DNA of 64,000 nucleotides. Origin: a virus. Each line of letters begins with the position of its first letter. Position 1 is the first letter of the stretch. The stretch spans positions 1 to 64,000 of the IMG/VR virus record IMGVR_UViG_3300022602_000029; one strand, written 5' to 3'. The position numbers and the translations under genes were made by a program. Under the pieces are notes generated by a model that worked only from the letters and a program-made list of their open reading frames with translations, had not been told where the DNA came from and did no database searches. This document shows, piece by piece, positions 1 through 9,392 of this stretch.

Positions 1-702
1 TTAGCTTTGCGTAGATTGATCGAAGTAGCTATAGAAGGAATACACGAATTATGGACTGTTATAGGCCCTCCTATAAAGGAAGGTTTCCATGCTATTTGGA
101 AAGAAGTCAAACCAGCATTGCTAGAGATGTGGGAAAGCCTAATGAAGGCTCTAGAGCCTATATTCGTTTCTATGTTAAAGTCTGTAGGAAAAGCATTAGG
201 ATTAACTGTGTTTGAAACAGAAGATGATGTACAACGCAGGAAGTTACAGGACGCATTAAATCAGCAACAGGCTACAGCAGGAGAAAGACTTAAATCACTG
301 CCTTCATTTGCCATCGAAGGAATAGCAAAAACGATACCAGGTCTAGGTTGGTTAGGAAAACAAGCAGAAGCATCACGCATTGAAAGTGATTCTAAATATC
401 TGCAAGAACAAGGTAGATTTAATAAAGCTATGACTCGTTCCGAGATGGCTAAGGCTGCAGGTGCTAGTAATACAGAAGATGCAAAAACTGAATCTATCGA
501 AGAAAAGATACGCAGAACTGCGGCAGAAGATCCTAACAATTCCGATAATAAAAACCCAAGCTCAGATAAATTATCTGAGCACCTAGATCGATTAAATAAT
601 ACAAATGCTCAGATGTTACATCATATGAAAGAAATGACTAAGCATGCCAAAGATAATGTATCGGCTACTAAAGCATTAAACGGAAATTTACTACCACAAT
701 AA
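1..702 (+). CDS. 3' end of a large gene truncated by the window edge; possibly tape-measure-like tail protein
   Basis: The frame is open from base 1 (TTA GCT TTG CGT...), so the called start at 7 is probably not real. Helical Ala/Lys/Glu-rich sequence ending just before the portal gene. The product call is a guess from composition and position. Confidence 0.4.
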   Translation, partial: LALRRLIEVAIEGIHELWTVIGPPIKEGFHAIWKEVKPALLEMWESLMKALEPIFVSMLKSVGKALGLTVFETEDDVQRRKLQDALNQQQATAGERLKSLPSFAIEGIAKTIPGLGWLGKQAEASRIESDSKYLQEQGRFNKAMTRSEMAKAAGASNTEDAKTESIEEKIRRTAAEDPNNSDNKNPSSDKLSEHLDRLNNTNAQMLHHMKEMTKHAKDNVSATKALNGNLLPQ

Positions 703-706
703 TATT

Positions 707-2449
707 ATGTCATGGAAACGTTACTTTACTCCTGTAAATAGATCAGGATCACTCAGCCCAATAAGCGGAGCTAACGGACTCGGATCTATCAGCTCCGGAG
801 TAGGAAGAACAAACTATAGCAGTTACCTTCCAGATGTCTACACGGGTCACCCTAATAGATTAGAGCGATACGGTCAGTATGATACCATGGACATGGACAG
901 CGAAGTAAATGCCGCTTTAGATATTTTAGCTGAGTTCTGTACACAGATGAGCGACGACAATGGAACTCCTTTCCAGATCAGTTTTAAAGAACAGGCCACT
1001 TCTACTGAGATCAAGATTATTAAAAAATATCTACAGCAGTGGACTAAACTGAATAAGTTTGAAAAACGTATTTTTAAGATAGTGCGTAACGCATTCAAAT
1101 ATGGAGACAGTTTTTTCATACGCGATCCAGAAACACAAAGCTGGTTCTATATAGATCCTAGCAAAGTTGATAAGATCATAGTGAATGAAAGCGATGGCAA
1201 AGAAGCCGAGCAGTATATCATACGTGACATAAACGTCAACTTCCAAAATCTAACAGTCACGCAGATCAATCCCACTAATCAAAGTACTACTCCTGGAAAC
1301 ATAGCTTATGTAACAGGTGGTGCTCAACAGCGAGGAATGGCTGCGGGAGGTAATGGCGGTGCCGCGGGAAATAGATTTACTGTAAATCAAAATCAATGGG
1401 CTATTGATGCCAAGAATGTGATACATATCAGCCTGAGCGAAGGTCTTGATAATAACTTTCCGTTTGGAAACAGTCTACTAGAAAGTATCTTTAAGGTTTA
1501 CAAACAGAAAGAATTATTAGAAGATGCTATTATTATCTATCGTGTGATGCGTGCTCCTGAGCGTAGGGTGTTTTATATCGATGTAGGAAACATGCCGCCC
1601 CACTTGGCCATGGGTTTTGTTGAGCGTGTTAAAAACGAAGTAAATCAGCGTCGTTTGCCATCAGTTGCTGGAGGTAGCAGTAGCGTGGTAGACAGCAGTT
1701 ATAATCCTTTAAGCATAACCGAAGACTACTATTTTCCGCAGACAGCTGAGGGTAGGGGCAGCAAGATTGATACACTAGCTGGTGGCACTAACCTGGGAGA
1801 GATTGATGATCTTAGATTCTTTACTAACAAGTTATTTAGAGCTTTACGTATACCATCAAGCTACTTACCAACAGGACCGGATGACGGCGGAAGCAGTTTC
1901 AACGACGGACGAGTCGGAACAGCCTACATACAAGAGCTACGTTTTAACAAATATTGTGAAAGATTACAGTCGTTGATGAACGAGATATTCGATACACAGT
2001 TTAAGTTATACATGAACAAGAAAGGTATCAACATCGATCCTAACCTGTTTGATCTTAAGTTTAATCCTCCACAAAACTTTGCAGCCTACAGACAAGCAGA
2101 AATGGACGGTGTTCGCGTTAACGCATTTACTACCATGGCAGGTGTTCCACATATCAGTAAGCGTTTTGCTCTCAAGCGTTTCTTAGGATTGACACAAGAA
2201 GAGATGGCAGAAAACGAAAAAATGTGGAAAGAAGAAAATGTCGACACTAAAACTAATCTTTCTGCCCAAGCAGAACTACGATCTGCTGGTGTCACTGCTA
2301 GCGGAATCAGCGGCGATATAAACGATCTCGGACAAAGCGCAGAACCTCCTGAAGGAATGGAAGGAGAAGATGTTCCGGGAGCACCTAATCCCCTAGATTC
2401 AGCCGGCGGAGGAGCAACTCCGCAAGGTAGCCCTGCTGCCGGACAGTAA
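707..2449 (+). CDS. gp20: T4-like portal vertex protein
   Basis: 580 aa with T4 gp20-family motifs: EVNAALDI, LEDAIIIYRVMRAPERRVFYIDVGNMP, EDYYFPQ..GRGSKIDTLAGG.NLGEIDDLRFF..KL.RALRIP, ELRF.KYCERLQ. Acidic, Pro-rich C-terminal tail. Confidence 0.97.
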   Translation: MSWKRYFTPVNRSGSLSPISGANGLGSISSGVGRTNYSSYLPDVYTGHPNRLERYGQYDTMDMDSEVNAALDILAEFCTQMSDDNGTPFQISFKEQATSTEIKIIKKYLQQWTKLNKFEKRIFKIVRNAFKYGDSFFIRDPETQSWFYIDPSKVDKIIVNESDGKEAEQYIIRDINVNFQNLTVTQINPTNQSTTPGNIAYVTGGAQQRGMAAGGNGGAAGNRFTVNQNQWAIDAKNVIHISLSEGLDNNFPFGNSLLESIFKVYKQKELLEDAIIIYRVMRAPERRVFYIDVGNMPPHLAMGFVERVKNEVNQRRLPSVAGGSSSVVDSSYNPLSITEDYYFPQTAEGRGSKIDTLAGGTNLGEIDDLRFFTNKLFRALRIPSSYLPTGPDDGGSSFNDGRVGTAYIQELRFNKYCERLQSLMNEIFDTQFKLYMNKKGINIDPNLFDLKFNPPQNFAAYRQAEMDGVRVNAFTTMAGVPHISKRFALKRFLGLTQEEMAENEKMWKEENVDTKTNLSAQAELRSAGVTASGISGDINDLGQSAEPPEGMEGEDVPGAPNPLDSAGGGATPQGSPAAGQ

Positions 2450-2455
2450 TAAATA
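2450..2455 (+). promoter_or_regulatory. T4-type late promoter core (TAAATA)
   Basis: TAAATA 5 nt upstream of the ATG at 2461; matches the 3' part of the T4 late consensus TATAAATA. Confidence 0.6.
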
Positions 2456-2460
2456 CTGAC

Positions 2461-2727
2461 ATGCTACTAAACGAATTCATTTATTTTGATCAAGATCGTG
2501 CCGATCCTACGGACAATGATCGCTACGATATCTCTAAAGATACCAGCGTGATCAAGAGCAAGGATCTGCGTAAAAGCCGTTTAACGCTGGGCATGTTGAG
2601 CGATTTGCGAAAAGCAGGTGATGCCCGAGAAAAAGAAACTAGAGAAGATCTAGCTCTAGTACGAGTCATGTATGCTACTCCTACTGAAGAGCAAGGTGGG
2701 GGCGCTCCTGGCGGCCTAGGCATGTAA
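2461..2727 (+). CDS. small head-module protein at the T4 gp67/gp68 position
   Basis: 88 aa between portal and protease. The N-terminal LLNE resembles a gp21 cleavage-type motif. Function inferred from synteny only. Confidence 0.6.
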   Translation: MLLNEFIYFDQDRADPTDNDRYDISKDTSVIKSKDLRKSRLTLGMLSDLRKAGDAREKETREDLALVRVMYATPTEEQGGGAPGGLGM

Positions 2728-2760
2728 TAAACTGTTAATATAATATTTAGAACTCAAAAC

Positions 2761-2850
2761 TAAATATTTTAGACAGTTTTACAGCATTCGAAGTCAAAAA
2801 CGGCCGTTTTTGGCCTATTTCACGCATCTAATATCAATCGGCTGTAAATA
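2761..2850 (+). promoter_or_regulatory. two late promoter cores flanking an 18-bp palindrome
   Basis: TAAATA at 2761-2766 and 2845-2850; perfect palindrome CAAAAACGGCCGTTTTTG at 2795-2812; AGGAG Shine-Dalgarno at 2878-2882. Confidence 0.55.
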
Positions 2851-2891
2851 CTCCTGATAGCCTTGCCGATCTAACACAGGAGATAAACGCA

Positions 2892-3962
2892 ATGTCAAAA
2901 AAGATGCAACAGCTCTTAGACCTAATTGTTAACGAAGAAACTGAAAAAGCCAACGAACTTTTTCACGAAATCGTTGTAGAGAGATCTAGAGAAATATATG
3001 AAAACCTAATAGCAGAAGAAGAAGAACAAGAGATGGAAGAAGCATCAGAAGATGATGCTGATGATCAAGATCTCGAAGAAGAATCAGAAGACGACCTAGA
3101 AGAAATGTTTGGACAGGGCGCTGACATGGACGACGATCACGGTGATGAAGCCGACACGATCGGCGGAGATCCTGCTGATTCTATGGTTGGAGACACAGAA
3201 GTAGGTCACGATGATAGCGAAGAAAGCGGTGACGCTCCAGCTACTAAAGATGACGTACAAGATCTAGAAGACGCATTAGCAGAACTAAAAGCTGAATTTG
3301 AAGCTTTAATGGGCGGCGAAGGCGATGATGATATGGATATGGATGAGCCAGAAGATGATGACGGCGAAGAAAATCCTTTCGATGATCAAGATGATGACGA
3401 TGACGATAATGACGATGACGATAATGACGATGACGATAATGACGATGACGATTATGATCAAGAAGATGCTGACGAAAGCATGGGTCTACGTGAATATCGC
3501 GAAACTGTTAATCACAACTACGGTGGAAATACACAGAAACAACAAGGTGTAAATATCGGCGGACACACTGGTGAAGATTATCCTGCTCCAAGAGATGTAG
3601 GCAGCAACATCAATAAGAACGCTAAAAACACTATGCCTAACAGCAAAGCTAACGCCAGCAACATCGCCCAAGGTGACGTAGGTGAAGGCGCTATGGACGG
3701 CACAACCACAAACATGCACAAAGGCAAGACAGGACTAGTAGGTAACATCAAAGGTGAATTCACTAAAGGTGTAGAAAAAAATCTAGCTAATAGTGCCAAA
3801 GCTAAAATGAAAGATGGAGCATCTTTAGAAGCTGTTAAGAAAGGTCACGGAGCAGAACGTAAAGGTACTACTCCAGGTCCAGTAGGTTCAGGAACAGGTG
3901 AAAAAGCTGGTCAAACATCTGTAACAAATAGCAAGCAGTTCTTACAACCTTACAAAAAATAA
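2892..3962 (+). CDS. highly acidic prohead core / internal scaffold-like protein
   Basis: 356 aa; Asp/Glu-rich N-terminal half, Gly/Lys-rich C-terminal half; good SD; sits directly before gp21 like the T4 core proteins. Confidence 0.65.
   Translation: MSKKMQQLLDLIVNEETEKANELFHEIVVERSREIYENLIAEEEEQEMEEASEDDADDQDLEEESEDDLEEMFGQGADMDDDHGDEADTIGGDPADSMVGDTEVGHDDSEESGDAPATKDDVQDLEDALAELKAEFEALMGGEGDDDMDMDEPEDDDGEENPFDDQDDDDDDNDDDDNDDDDNDDDDYDQEDADESMGLREYRETVNHNYGGNTQKQQGVNIGGHTGEDYPAPRDVGSNINKNAKNTMPNSKANASNIAQGDVGEGAMDGTTTNMHKGKTGLVGNIKGEFTKGVEKNLANSAKAKMKDGASLEAVKKGHGAERKGTTPGPVGSGTGEKAGQTSVTNSKQFLQPYKK
3396..3455 (+). repeat. 15-bp coding tandem repeat (GACGATGACGATAAT x4; DDDDN)
   Basis: Three perfect copies at 3396-3440 and a fourth with one mismatch at 3441-3455. 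Confidence 0.95.
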
Positions 3963-3966
3963 TTAG

Positions 3967-4602
3967 ATGAAACTAACTTCATATCTAAGAGAAAACCTAA
4001 GTTTTGATCAGGCTCGTGTTGAACTACACGAGGCTGACGAACATGGAAAGAAAAATCTTTATCTAAAAGGTATTGCTATCCAAGGTGGAATCAAGAACGC
4101 TAATCAACGTGTGTATCCAGTAAGTGAGATTACTAACGCAGTAAAAACACTTAATGATCAGATACAGAACGGGTATAGCGTGCTAGGTGAAGTTGATCAT
4201 CCTGATGATTTAAAAGTAAATTTAGACCGTGTATCACACATGATAACAGATATGTGGATGGACGGCCCAAATGGTTACAGTAAGATGAAAATCTTACCTA
4301 CACCGATGGGTAACTTGATTCGTACTATGCTCGAAAGCGGCGTAAAACTTGGTGTTAGTTCTAGAGGCAGCGGCAACGTTGATGATAGGACAGGCGAAGT
4401 AGCAGAGTTTGAGATAATCACAGTTGATATAGTTGCTCAGCCCAGCGCACCTGGCGCTTATCCTACACCAGTTTATGAACATCTCATGAACACACGTGGT
4501 GGAAATAGAATATTAGGTGTTGCTAAAGAAGTAAAAGAAGATCCAAAGGCCCAGAAATATCTTAAGGAATCACTCCTTAATATAATAAAAGGTCTAAAAT
4601 AA
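3967..4602 (+). CDS. gp21: prohead core protease
   Basis: LYLKGIAIQG..KNANQRVY, LGEVDHP, VSH.I, LGVSSRGSG and TVDIVAQPSAPGAY are T4 gp21-family motifs. Confidence 0.96.
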   Translation: MKLTSYLRENLSFDQARVELHEADEHGKKNLYLKGIAIQGGIKNANQRVYPVSEITNAVKTLNDQIQNGYSVLGEVDHPDDLKVNLDRVSHMITDMWMDGPNGYSKMKILPTPMGNLIRTMLESGVKLGVSSRGSGNVDDRTGEVAEFEIITVDIVAQPSAPGAYPTPVYEHLMNTRGGNRILGVAKEVKEDPKAQKYLKESLLNIIKGLK

Positions 4603-4620
4603 GCCCGAGGAGAAAGATAG

Positions 4621-5712
4621 ATGTTGGACGCATTCAAACAGTTAGTAGAATCAGGAGCTCTGTCAGAGGAACACACCACTGCACTAGAGTCTGCTTTTGC
4701 TCAAAAAATCCAAGAGAATCGCGACCAAGTCACTGCTGAACTACGTGAAGAATTTGCAGGCAAGTATGAGCACGATAAAGGGCTCATGGTTGAGGCAGTC
4801 GACAAGTTGTTGAGCGAAAGATTGGCCGCAGAAATGGCTGAACTTGCTGAAGATAAAAAGGCCCTAGCGGAAGCTAAAGTCGCTTATCAACGCAAGATGG
4901 CAAATGATGCTAAAGTAATGGAATCATTTGTTATTAAACAGCTGACAAAAGAGTTAGGCGAGTTCCAAAGCGATCGTAGAAAAGTCGCAGAAAACTTCGC
5001 TAAGTTAGAGGGATTCATAGTCCATGCTCTAGCTAAAGAGATCAGAGAATTTGCTATCGATAAGAAGAGCGTAGTTGAAACGAAAGTTAAACTAGTTCGC
5101 GAAGCAAAAGAAAGATTTGAAGTAATCAAGAAACAGTTTATACAACGTAGTTCTAAGGTAGTTGAAGCCGCAGTAACAGCTAAGTTAACATCTGAAATCA
5201 AGCAGTTGAAAGAAGATATTGATTCAGCACGCACAAACAACTTTGGTCGTCGTATATTCGAAGCATTCGTACAGGAATACAATGGTTCTTTTCTAAATGA
5301 AAAATCTGAAACAGCTAAACTGTTGAAGGTTATCGCTAAGAAAGATCAAGCCCTGGCCGAAGCACAAGATGCACTATCACAAAAAGAAACTATCGTTGAA
5401 TCTAAAAACCGCGAACTCCGCGTAGCTAAAGATTTAATGGAGCGTAAGGCAGTGATGGGTGAGTTGTTAGCTCCTTTGGGCGCTGACAAAAGAGAACTCA
5501 TGAAAGATTTGTTAGAATCAGTACCCACTAAGAAATTGAATGAGAGTTTTGAGAAATACCTACCAGCAGTAATGGAAGGCGAGACAAAGCGTGTAGTACA
5601 AAAAACTACACTAACTGAAGGTACCGCTGTCACAGGAGATCGTGGAGCACCGACTCCCGGGGTAGGCTTAGATAACATTTTAGATATCCGCAAACTCGCG
5701 GGACTAAAATAA
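4621..5712 (+). CDS. gp22: prohead core scaffolding protein
   Basis: 363-aa coiled-coil protein between gp21 and gp23 with many L-x-E sites; C-terminal IRKLAGLK. Confidence 0.85.
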   Translation: MLDAFKQLVESGALSEEHTTALESAFAQKIQENRDQVTAELREEFAGKYEHDKGLMVEAVDKLLSERLAAEMAELAEDKKALAEAKVAYQRKMANDAKVMESFVIKQLTKELGEFQSDRRKVAENFAKLEGFIVHALAKEIREFAIDKKSVVETKVKLVREAKERFEVIKKQFIQRSSKVVEAAVTAKLTSEIKQLKEDIDSARTNNFGRRIFEAFVQEYNGSFLNEKSETAKLLKVIAKKDQALAEAQDALSQKETIVESKNRELRVAKDLMERKAVMGELLAPLGADKRELMKDLLESVPTKKLNESFEKYLPAVMEGETKRVVQKTTLTEGTAVTGDRGAPTPGVGLDNILDIRKLAGLK

Positions 5713-5736
5713 TTTAGAAAATTCAAGGAGACATAA

Positions 5737-6918
5737 ATGTCACAACTATTAAATGAAAGATGGTCCGAGACCAGGGAAGCTCTGCTTGAAGGCCTACAAG
5801 GTAACCGTCGTGCTTCTATGGGCGTATGCTTAGAGAACACACGTAAGTACCTAGCAGAAGCCGCAACAAGTGGTGCTACAAGCTCTGGAAATATCGCAAC
5901 TTTAAATCGCGTTATTCTTCCAGTTATCCGTCGTGTTATGCCAACAGTTATTGCTAACGAAATCATCGGTGTACAACCAATGACAGGTCCAGTAGCTCAG
6001 ATCCATACACTACGTGTCCGTTATGCTGATACATCATCAGGCGATGGTATCGTAGCAGGTGAAGAGGCATTATCACCATTCAAGATCGCCGCTGCCTATT
6101 CTGGTAACAACCAGGACGCAACTCCAGCTGCCGCTTCAACATCGGCTCTTGAGGGTGCACCAGGTAAGCGTATGAGCATCCAAATCTTGAAAGCACCTGT
6201 AGAAGCTAAGTCACGCAAGCTATCAGCTCGCTGGACCTTCGAGGCTGCACAAGATGCACAAGCTCAACAAGGTATTGATATCGAAGCAGAAATCATGGCT
6301 GCTCTAGCTCAAGAAATTACAGCTGAGATCGACCAAGAGATCTTAACTTCACTACGTACTTTAGCGTCAGTTGAATTAACATACGACCAATCGTTAGTAT
6401 CTGGTACAGCAACATTCGTTGGTGATGAGCATGCCGCATTGGCAATCATGATCAACCGTGCTGCCAACTTGATCGCTCAACGTACACGTCGTGGTGCTGC
6501 AAACTGGGCAGTTGTTTCTAACCAGGCTCTAACGATCCTACAAAGCGCAACTACATCAGCATTTGCTCGTACTACAGAAGGCACATTCGAAGCTCCAACA
6601 AATACAAAATTCGTTGGTACATTGAACGGTGCTATGCGTGTTTATGTTGACGCATACAAGTCTGATACAGACAACAACAACCAAGTATTACTAGGTTATA
6701 AAGGTGCTAGTGAGGCAGATGCTGCCGCGTTCTATTGCCCATATATTCCTTTAATGTCTTCTGGTGTTGTTCTTGATCCAGCAACATTCGAACCAGTAGT
6801 TGGCTTCTTGACACGCTACGGCTATGTCCAGTTGTCTAACACTGCTTCTTCACTAGGTAACGCCGCAGATTACCTAGCTAAAGTTGCTATCAACAGCTCA
6901 ACAGTTAGCTTCCAGTAA
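5737..6918 (+). CDS. gp23: major capsid protein
   Basis: LPVIRRVMP..IANEIIGVQPMTGPVAQI..LR, VEAKSRKLSARWTFEAAQD, LAQEITAEIDQEI, FYCPYIPL and GFLTRYG are gp23-family motifs; AAGGAG SD. Confidence 0.97.
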   Translation: MSQLLNERWSETREALLEGLQGNRRASMGVCLENTRKYLAEAATSGATSSGNIATLNRVILPVIRRVMPTVIANEIIGVQPMTGPVAQIHTLRVRYADTSSGDGIVAGEEALSPFKIAAAYSGNNQDATPAAASTSALEGAPGKRMSIQILKAPVEAKSRKLSARWTFEAAQDAQAQQGIDIEAEIMAALAQEITAEIDQEILTSLRTLASVELTYDQSLVSGTATFVGDEHAALAIMINRAANLIAQRTRRGAANWAVVSNQALTILQSATTSAFARTTEGTFEAPTNTKFVGTLNGAMRVYVDAYKSDTDNNNQVLLGYKGASEADAAAFYCPYIPLMSSGVVLDPATFEPVVGFLTRYGYVQLSNTASSLGNAADYLAKVAINSSTVSFQ

Positions 6919-6937
6919 TCCTGGAATATCGGTAAGC

Positions 6938-6967
6938 AAAAAGCGCTCTACGGAGCGCTTTTTCTTT
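6938..6967 (+). terminator. rho-independent terminator after the capsid gene
   Basis: AAAAAGCGCTC-TACG-GAGCGCTTTTT-CTTT: perfect stem, C(UACG)G tetraloop and U-tract, 20 nt after the gp23 stop. Confidence 0.92.
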
Positions 6968-6975
6968 GCCCCCAA

Positions 6976-6981
6976 TAAATA
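6976..6981 (+). promoter_or_regulatory. late promoter core (TAAATA)
   Basis: Immediately after the terminator; would drive a ~70-nt leader for the gene at 7058. Confidence 0.65.
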
Positions 6982-7057
6982 TCATGTACGCTCAAAAGAG
7001 TTTGTTGCGGCACCACCGCGCAGTGGCTAGAACCCACACAACACAAGGAGAAATTAA

Positions 7058-7759
7058 ATGGCAAGAGGTTTAAAAACATCGGGTAATAATACTACTCAAT
7101 ATACCGGAGCAAACATACAGATCGATTCAGCAATAGGCCCAGAAATCGTAACTTATGTAGCAAACGTCAATACAACAACATATGCCACTACGGTATCTAC
7201 ATATGTATCAGTCTATCTAGGAGGAACAGTAGGAAACCCAACCGGTGTTACACCATTCGTGATCCAAACAGCGTTCCAAACAGCGGCCAGCGTGGCTTAT
7301 AGTGATGGATATATTAAACGTCAACTAGGTCGTAGACAATTCCTGGTACAGAGCTTATCAGGTGGTTCAGCTACTCAAACAGTCTGTACACTAACTAACG
7401 TAGCACCAGGTAGCTTAACTGCACAACAGATGAGCATACAGGCAGTGACTACAACAGGAAGCGTAGTATATGTTGGACGTATCAGTGACAGATTTATCTG
7501 GACAGGCGCCAATGGAACAGGCACACGATACCTATATGTATTAGGTACAGGTGGTACAGTTCCTGGATCAACTAGCACTCTTGCTTATGTTAGCACAGCA
7601 TCAGGCACTAGTTTCTATGTAACTACAAATGCTCCAGCATCAGCTCGAGTTCCAGCAGTAGGAACTTCTAATACCGTAACAGTTGTAACTAACTTAACAC
7701 CAACTCCTATATCTTATGCTATAGTTGCTGGACTAGCTACACCTACTAGAAATTATTAA
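7058..7759 (+). CDS. Thr/Val/Gly-rich putative virion (head decoration or fibre) protein
   Basis: 233 aa, beta-rich composition, AAGGAG SD, monocistronic between a promoter and a hairpin, directly after gp23. The function is inferred. Confidence 0.55.
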   Translation: MARGLKTSGNNTTQYTGANIQIDSAIGPEIVTYVANVNTTTYATTVSTYVSVYLGGTVGNPTGVTPFVIQTAFQTAASVAYSDGYIKRQLGRRQFLVQSLSGGSATQTVCTLTNVAPGSLTAQQMSIQAVTTTGSVVYVGRISDRFIWTGANGTGTRYLYVLGTGGTVPGSTSTLAYVSTASGTSFYVTTNAPASARVPAVGTSNTVTVVTNLTPTPISYAIVAGLATPTRNY

Positions 7760-7780
7760 TCTAGATATAGATTGATATCA

Positions 7781-7804
7781 ATAAGGGCTCTTTTGAGCCC
7801 TTAT
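7781..7804 (+). terminator. stem-loop, probable terminator
   Basis: ATAAGGGCTC-TTTT-GAGCCCTTAT, a perfect 10-bp stem; the U-tract is weak. Confidence 0.55.
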
Positions 7805-7815
7805 CTGTCTGCAGG

Positions 7816-7821
7816 TAAATA
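7816..7821 (+). promoter_or_regulatory. late promoter core (TAAATA)
   Basis: 5 nt upstream of the ATG at 7827; no SD between them. Confidence 0.6.
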
Positions 7822-7826
7822 TAATC

Positions 7827-8342
7827 ATGCCCACTCCTTGGTTCTATCCCACCGTCGTTTCTCAATATCCTGAATCAGATTACCATATTCCTTGGTTAGG
7901 AACTGGTAATGATTTTACATCAATAGTACAAGTGAGGACTAAATCTGATCTTACTTCTGTAGCTAACGATCTACAGCTAAGTAATCTAAGGACTAAATCT
8001 TACTATCTAACTCTCACGGGTTTTGGAATAGATCCTTCTTATATACCATCTCCATTAAATGGAATAGAACTGTATGTCAATGTAAGAAGAGGTGGAAGGG
8101 TGATAGATGATACGGTATCGCTTTATTATAGTAATCAAACTATCAGCACTAATCGAGCACAGGGAGCCATAACTGATTTAACGACCTATGGAGGGGAGAC
8201 AGATCTATGGGATGCAGTACCTATGATATCTACACTGCTAACTGATCCAAGTTTTGGAGTTTTATTGAGATATCAAAGCAACGTTTTCTGGCCTCACAGG
8301 ACTACTCCTAATATGCAACATGTGCAGTTACGCCTCTGGTAA
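7827..8342 (+). CDS. hypothetical protein, probably virion-associated
   Basis: 171-aa ORF with its own late promoter; no family recognised. Confidence 0.6.
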   Translation: MPTPWFYPTVVSQYPESDYHIPWLGTGNDFTSIVQVRTKSDLTSVANDLQLSNLRTKSYYLTLTGFGIDPSYIPSPLNGIELYVNVRRGGRVIDDTVSLYYSNQTISTNRAQGAITDLTTYGGETDLWDAVPMISTLLTDPSFGVLLRYQSNVFWPHRTTPNMQHVQLRLW

Positions 8343-8345
8343 CAA

Positions 8346-8351
8346 TAAATA
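8346..8351 (+). promoter_or_regulatory. late promoter core (TAAATA)
   Basis: Intergenic, followed by AAAAGG SD and the ATG at 8369. Confidence 0.6.
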
Positions 8352-8368
8352 TATAAAAGGAAAAATCA

Positions 8369-9382
8369 ATGGTAACCGATGTCGTTAGAGTTAATGGTAA
8401 CTACAGTATACAAGCAAATAATGGTAGTATAACATTAGCCAGCCCCAACACGGTTATCAACGGAAATCTCACAGTATATGGAACCCAGACCAATGTAGAT
8501 AGCGTTGATGTAACGGTAACAGCTACTATATTAGTCTTAAATCAAGGAGAACCCGGTCCAGGAGTAACAAGGATCACTCCTGGATTTCCTGCCAATAGCG
8601 CAGGTATAATGGTTTCAAGGGGTAGCGGAGACAGTACTAGCCAAGGCGCATTCTTGTTGTATGACGACAGCGTAGTTAGCAGTGACGGCACACATACCTA
8701 TCCCGGAATGTGGAGATTTAACGGAACTACAGCCAATGGCAGTAACGAATTTGGCAGTGTTATACAGGTGCAGGCCATACGAACACCTAATGGTGCTACC
8801 TTAAATCTTTTAGGTGCAGACAATCCCAACGCTAAACTCACAGTCAAAGGTGCTAGCACAGTAACTACCTATGCGTCCAGGATGACTGATCCAGACGACA
8901 TACCTAACAAAGATTATGTAGATCAATTCTATGCTAGAGGTACTACAGTTACACAAAAACTACAGGTCGGTAATAGCTTTATTGAGATATTAGATAACAG
9001 CGTTAACACCAACAGTCAATACTACAGTCCAGTAAATCAGGTCATAGCCGCCCTAGGAACTTCTAGCAATATCGTGTTTACATTAGCCGCACAGTCGGCA
9101 CAGTTTCAAAATATTACCGTAGTCAATAGCACTATACAGGTTACTAATACCAGTACCAATACTAATCTAGCGCTGACTGCTGCCGGCAGTGGAAATATAG
9201 TACTCAACAACGCACTTCAACTAACATATACTACACCACCTAATGTAATCAGCGGTGCTATCAACATATATTCAACAAATACCGTAGGCGGAGGTGGCAC
9301 AGGTTTATTTTATGTAAATACAAATAACACAGATGAACTAGTCAGCCGTACCAAGGCCATAGTTTATGGTATAATATTTTAA
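8369..9382 (+). CDS. putative virion fibre/structural protein
   Basis: 337 aa, beta-strand rich (GNLTVYGTQT..DV.VT..ILVLNQGE), DDIPNKDYVD fibre-type motif, hydrophobic C-terminus KAIVYGIIF. Confidence 0.6.
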   Translation: MVTDVVRVNGNYSIQANNGSITLASPNTVINGNLTVYGTQTNVDSVDVTVTATILVLNQGEPGPGVTRITPGFPANSAGIMVSRGSGDSTSQGAFLLYDDSVVSSDGTHTYPGMWRFNGTTANGSNEFGSVIQVQAIRTPNGATLNLLGADNPNAKLTVKGASTVTTYASRMTDPDDIPNKDYVDQFYARGTTVTQKLQVGNSFIEILDNSVNTNSQYYSPVNQVIAALGTSSNIVFTLAAQSAQFQNITVVNSTIQVTNTSTNTNLALTAAGSGNIVLNNALQLTYTTPPNVISGAINIYSTNTVGGGGTGLFYVNTNNTDELVSRTKAIVYGIIF

Positions 9383-9392
9383 GGTAAAAAAC

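Noticed and set aside
707-6918. Introns, inteins or homing endonucleases in portal or capsid genes
   Set aside because: The ORFs are continuous, with expected motif spacing and no inserted endonuclease or splicing motifs.
6910-6926. Small hairpin TTCCAG-taatc-CTGGAA over the gp23 stop codon
   Set aside because: Only 6 bp and immediately upstream of a much stronger terminator; it could be chance.
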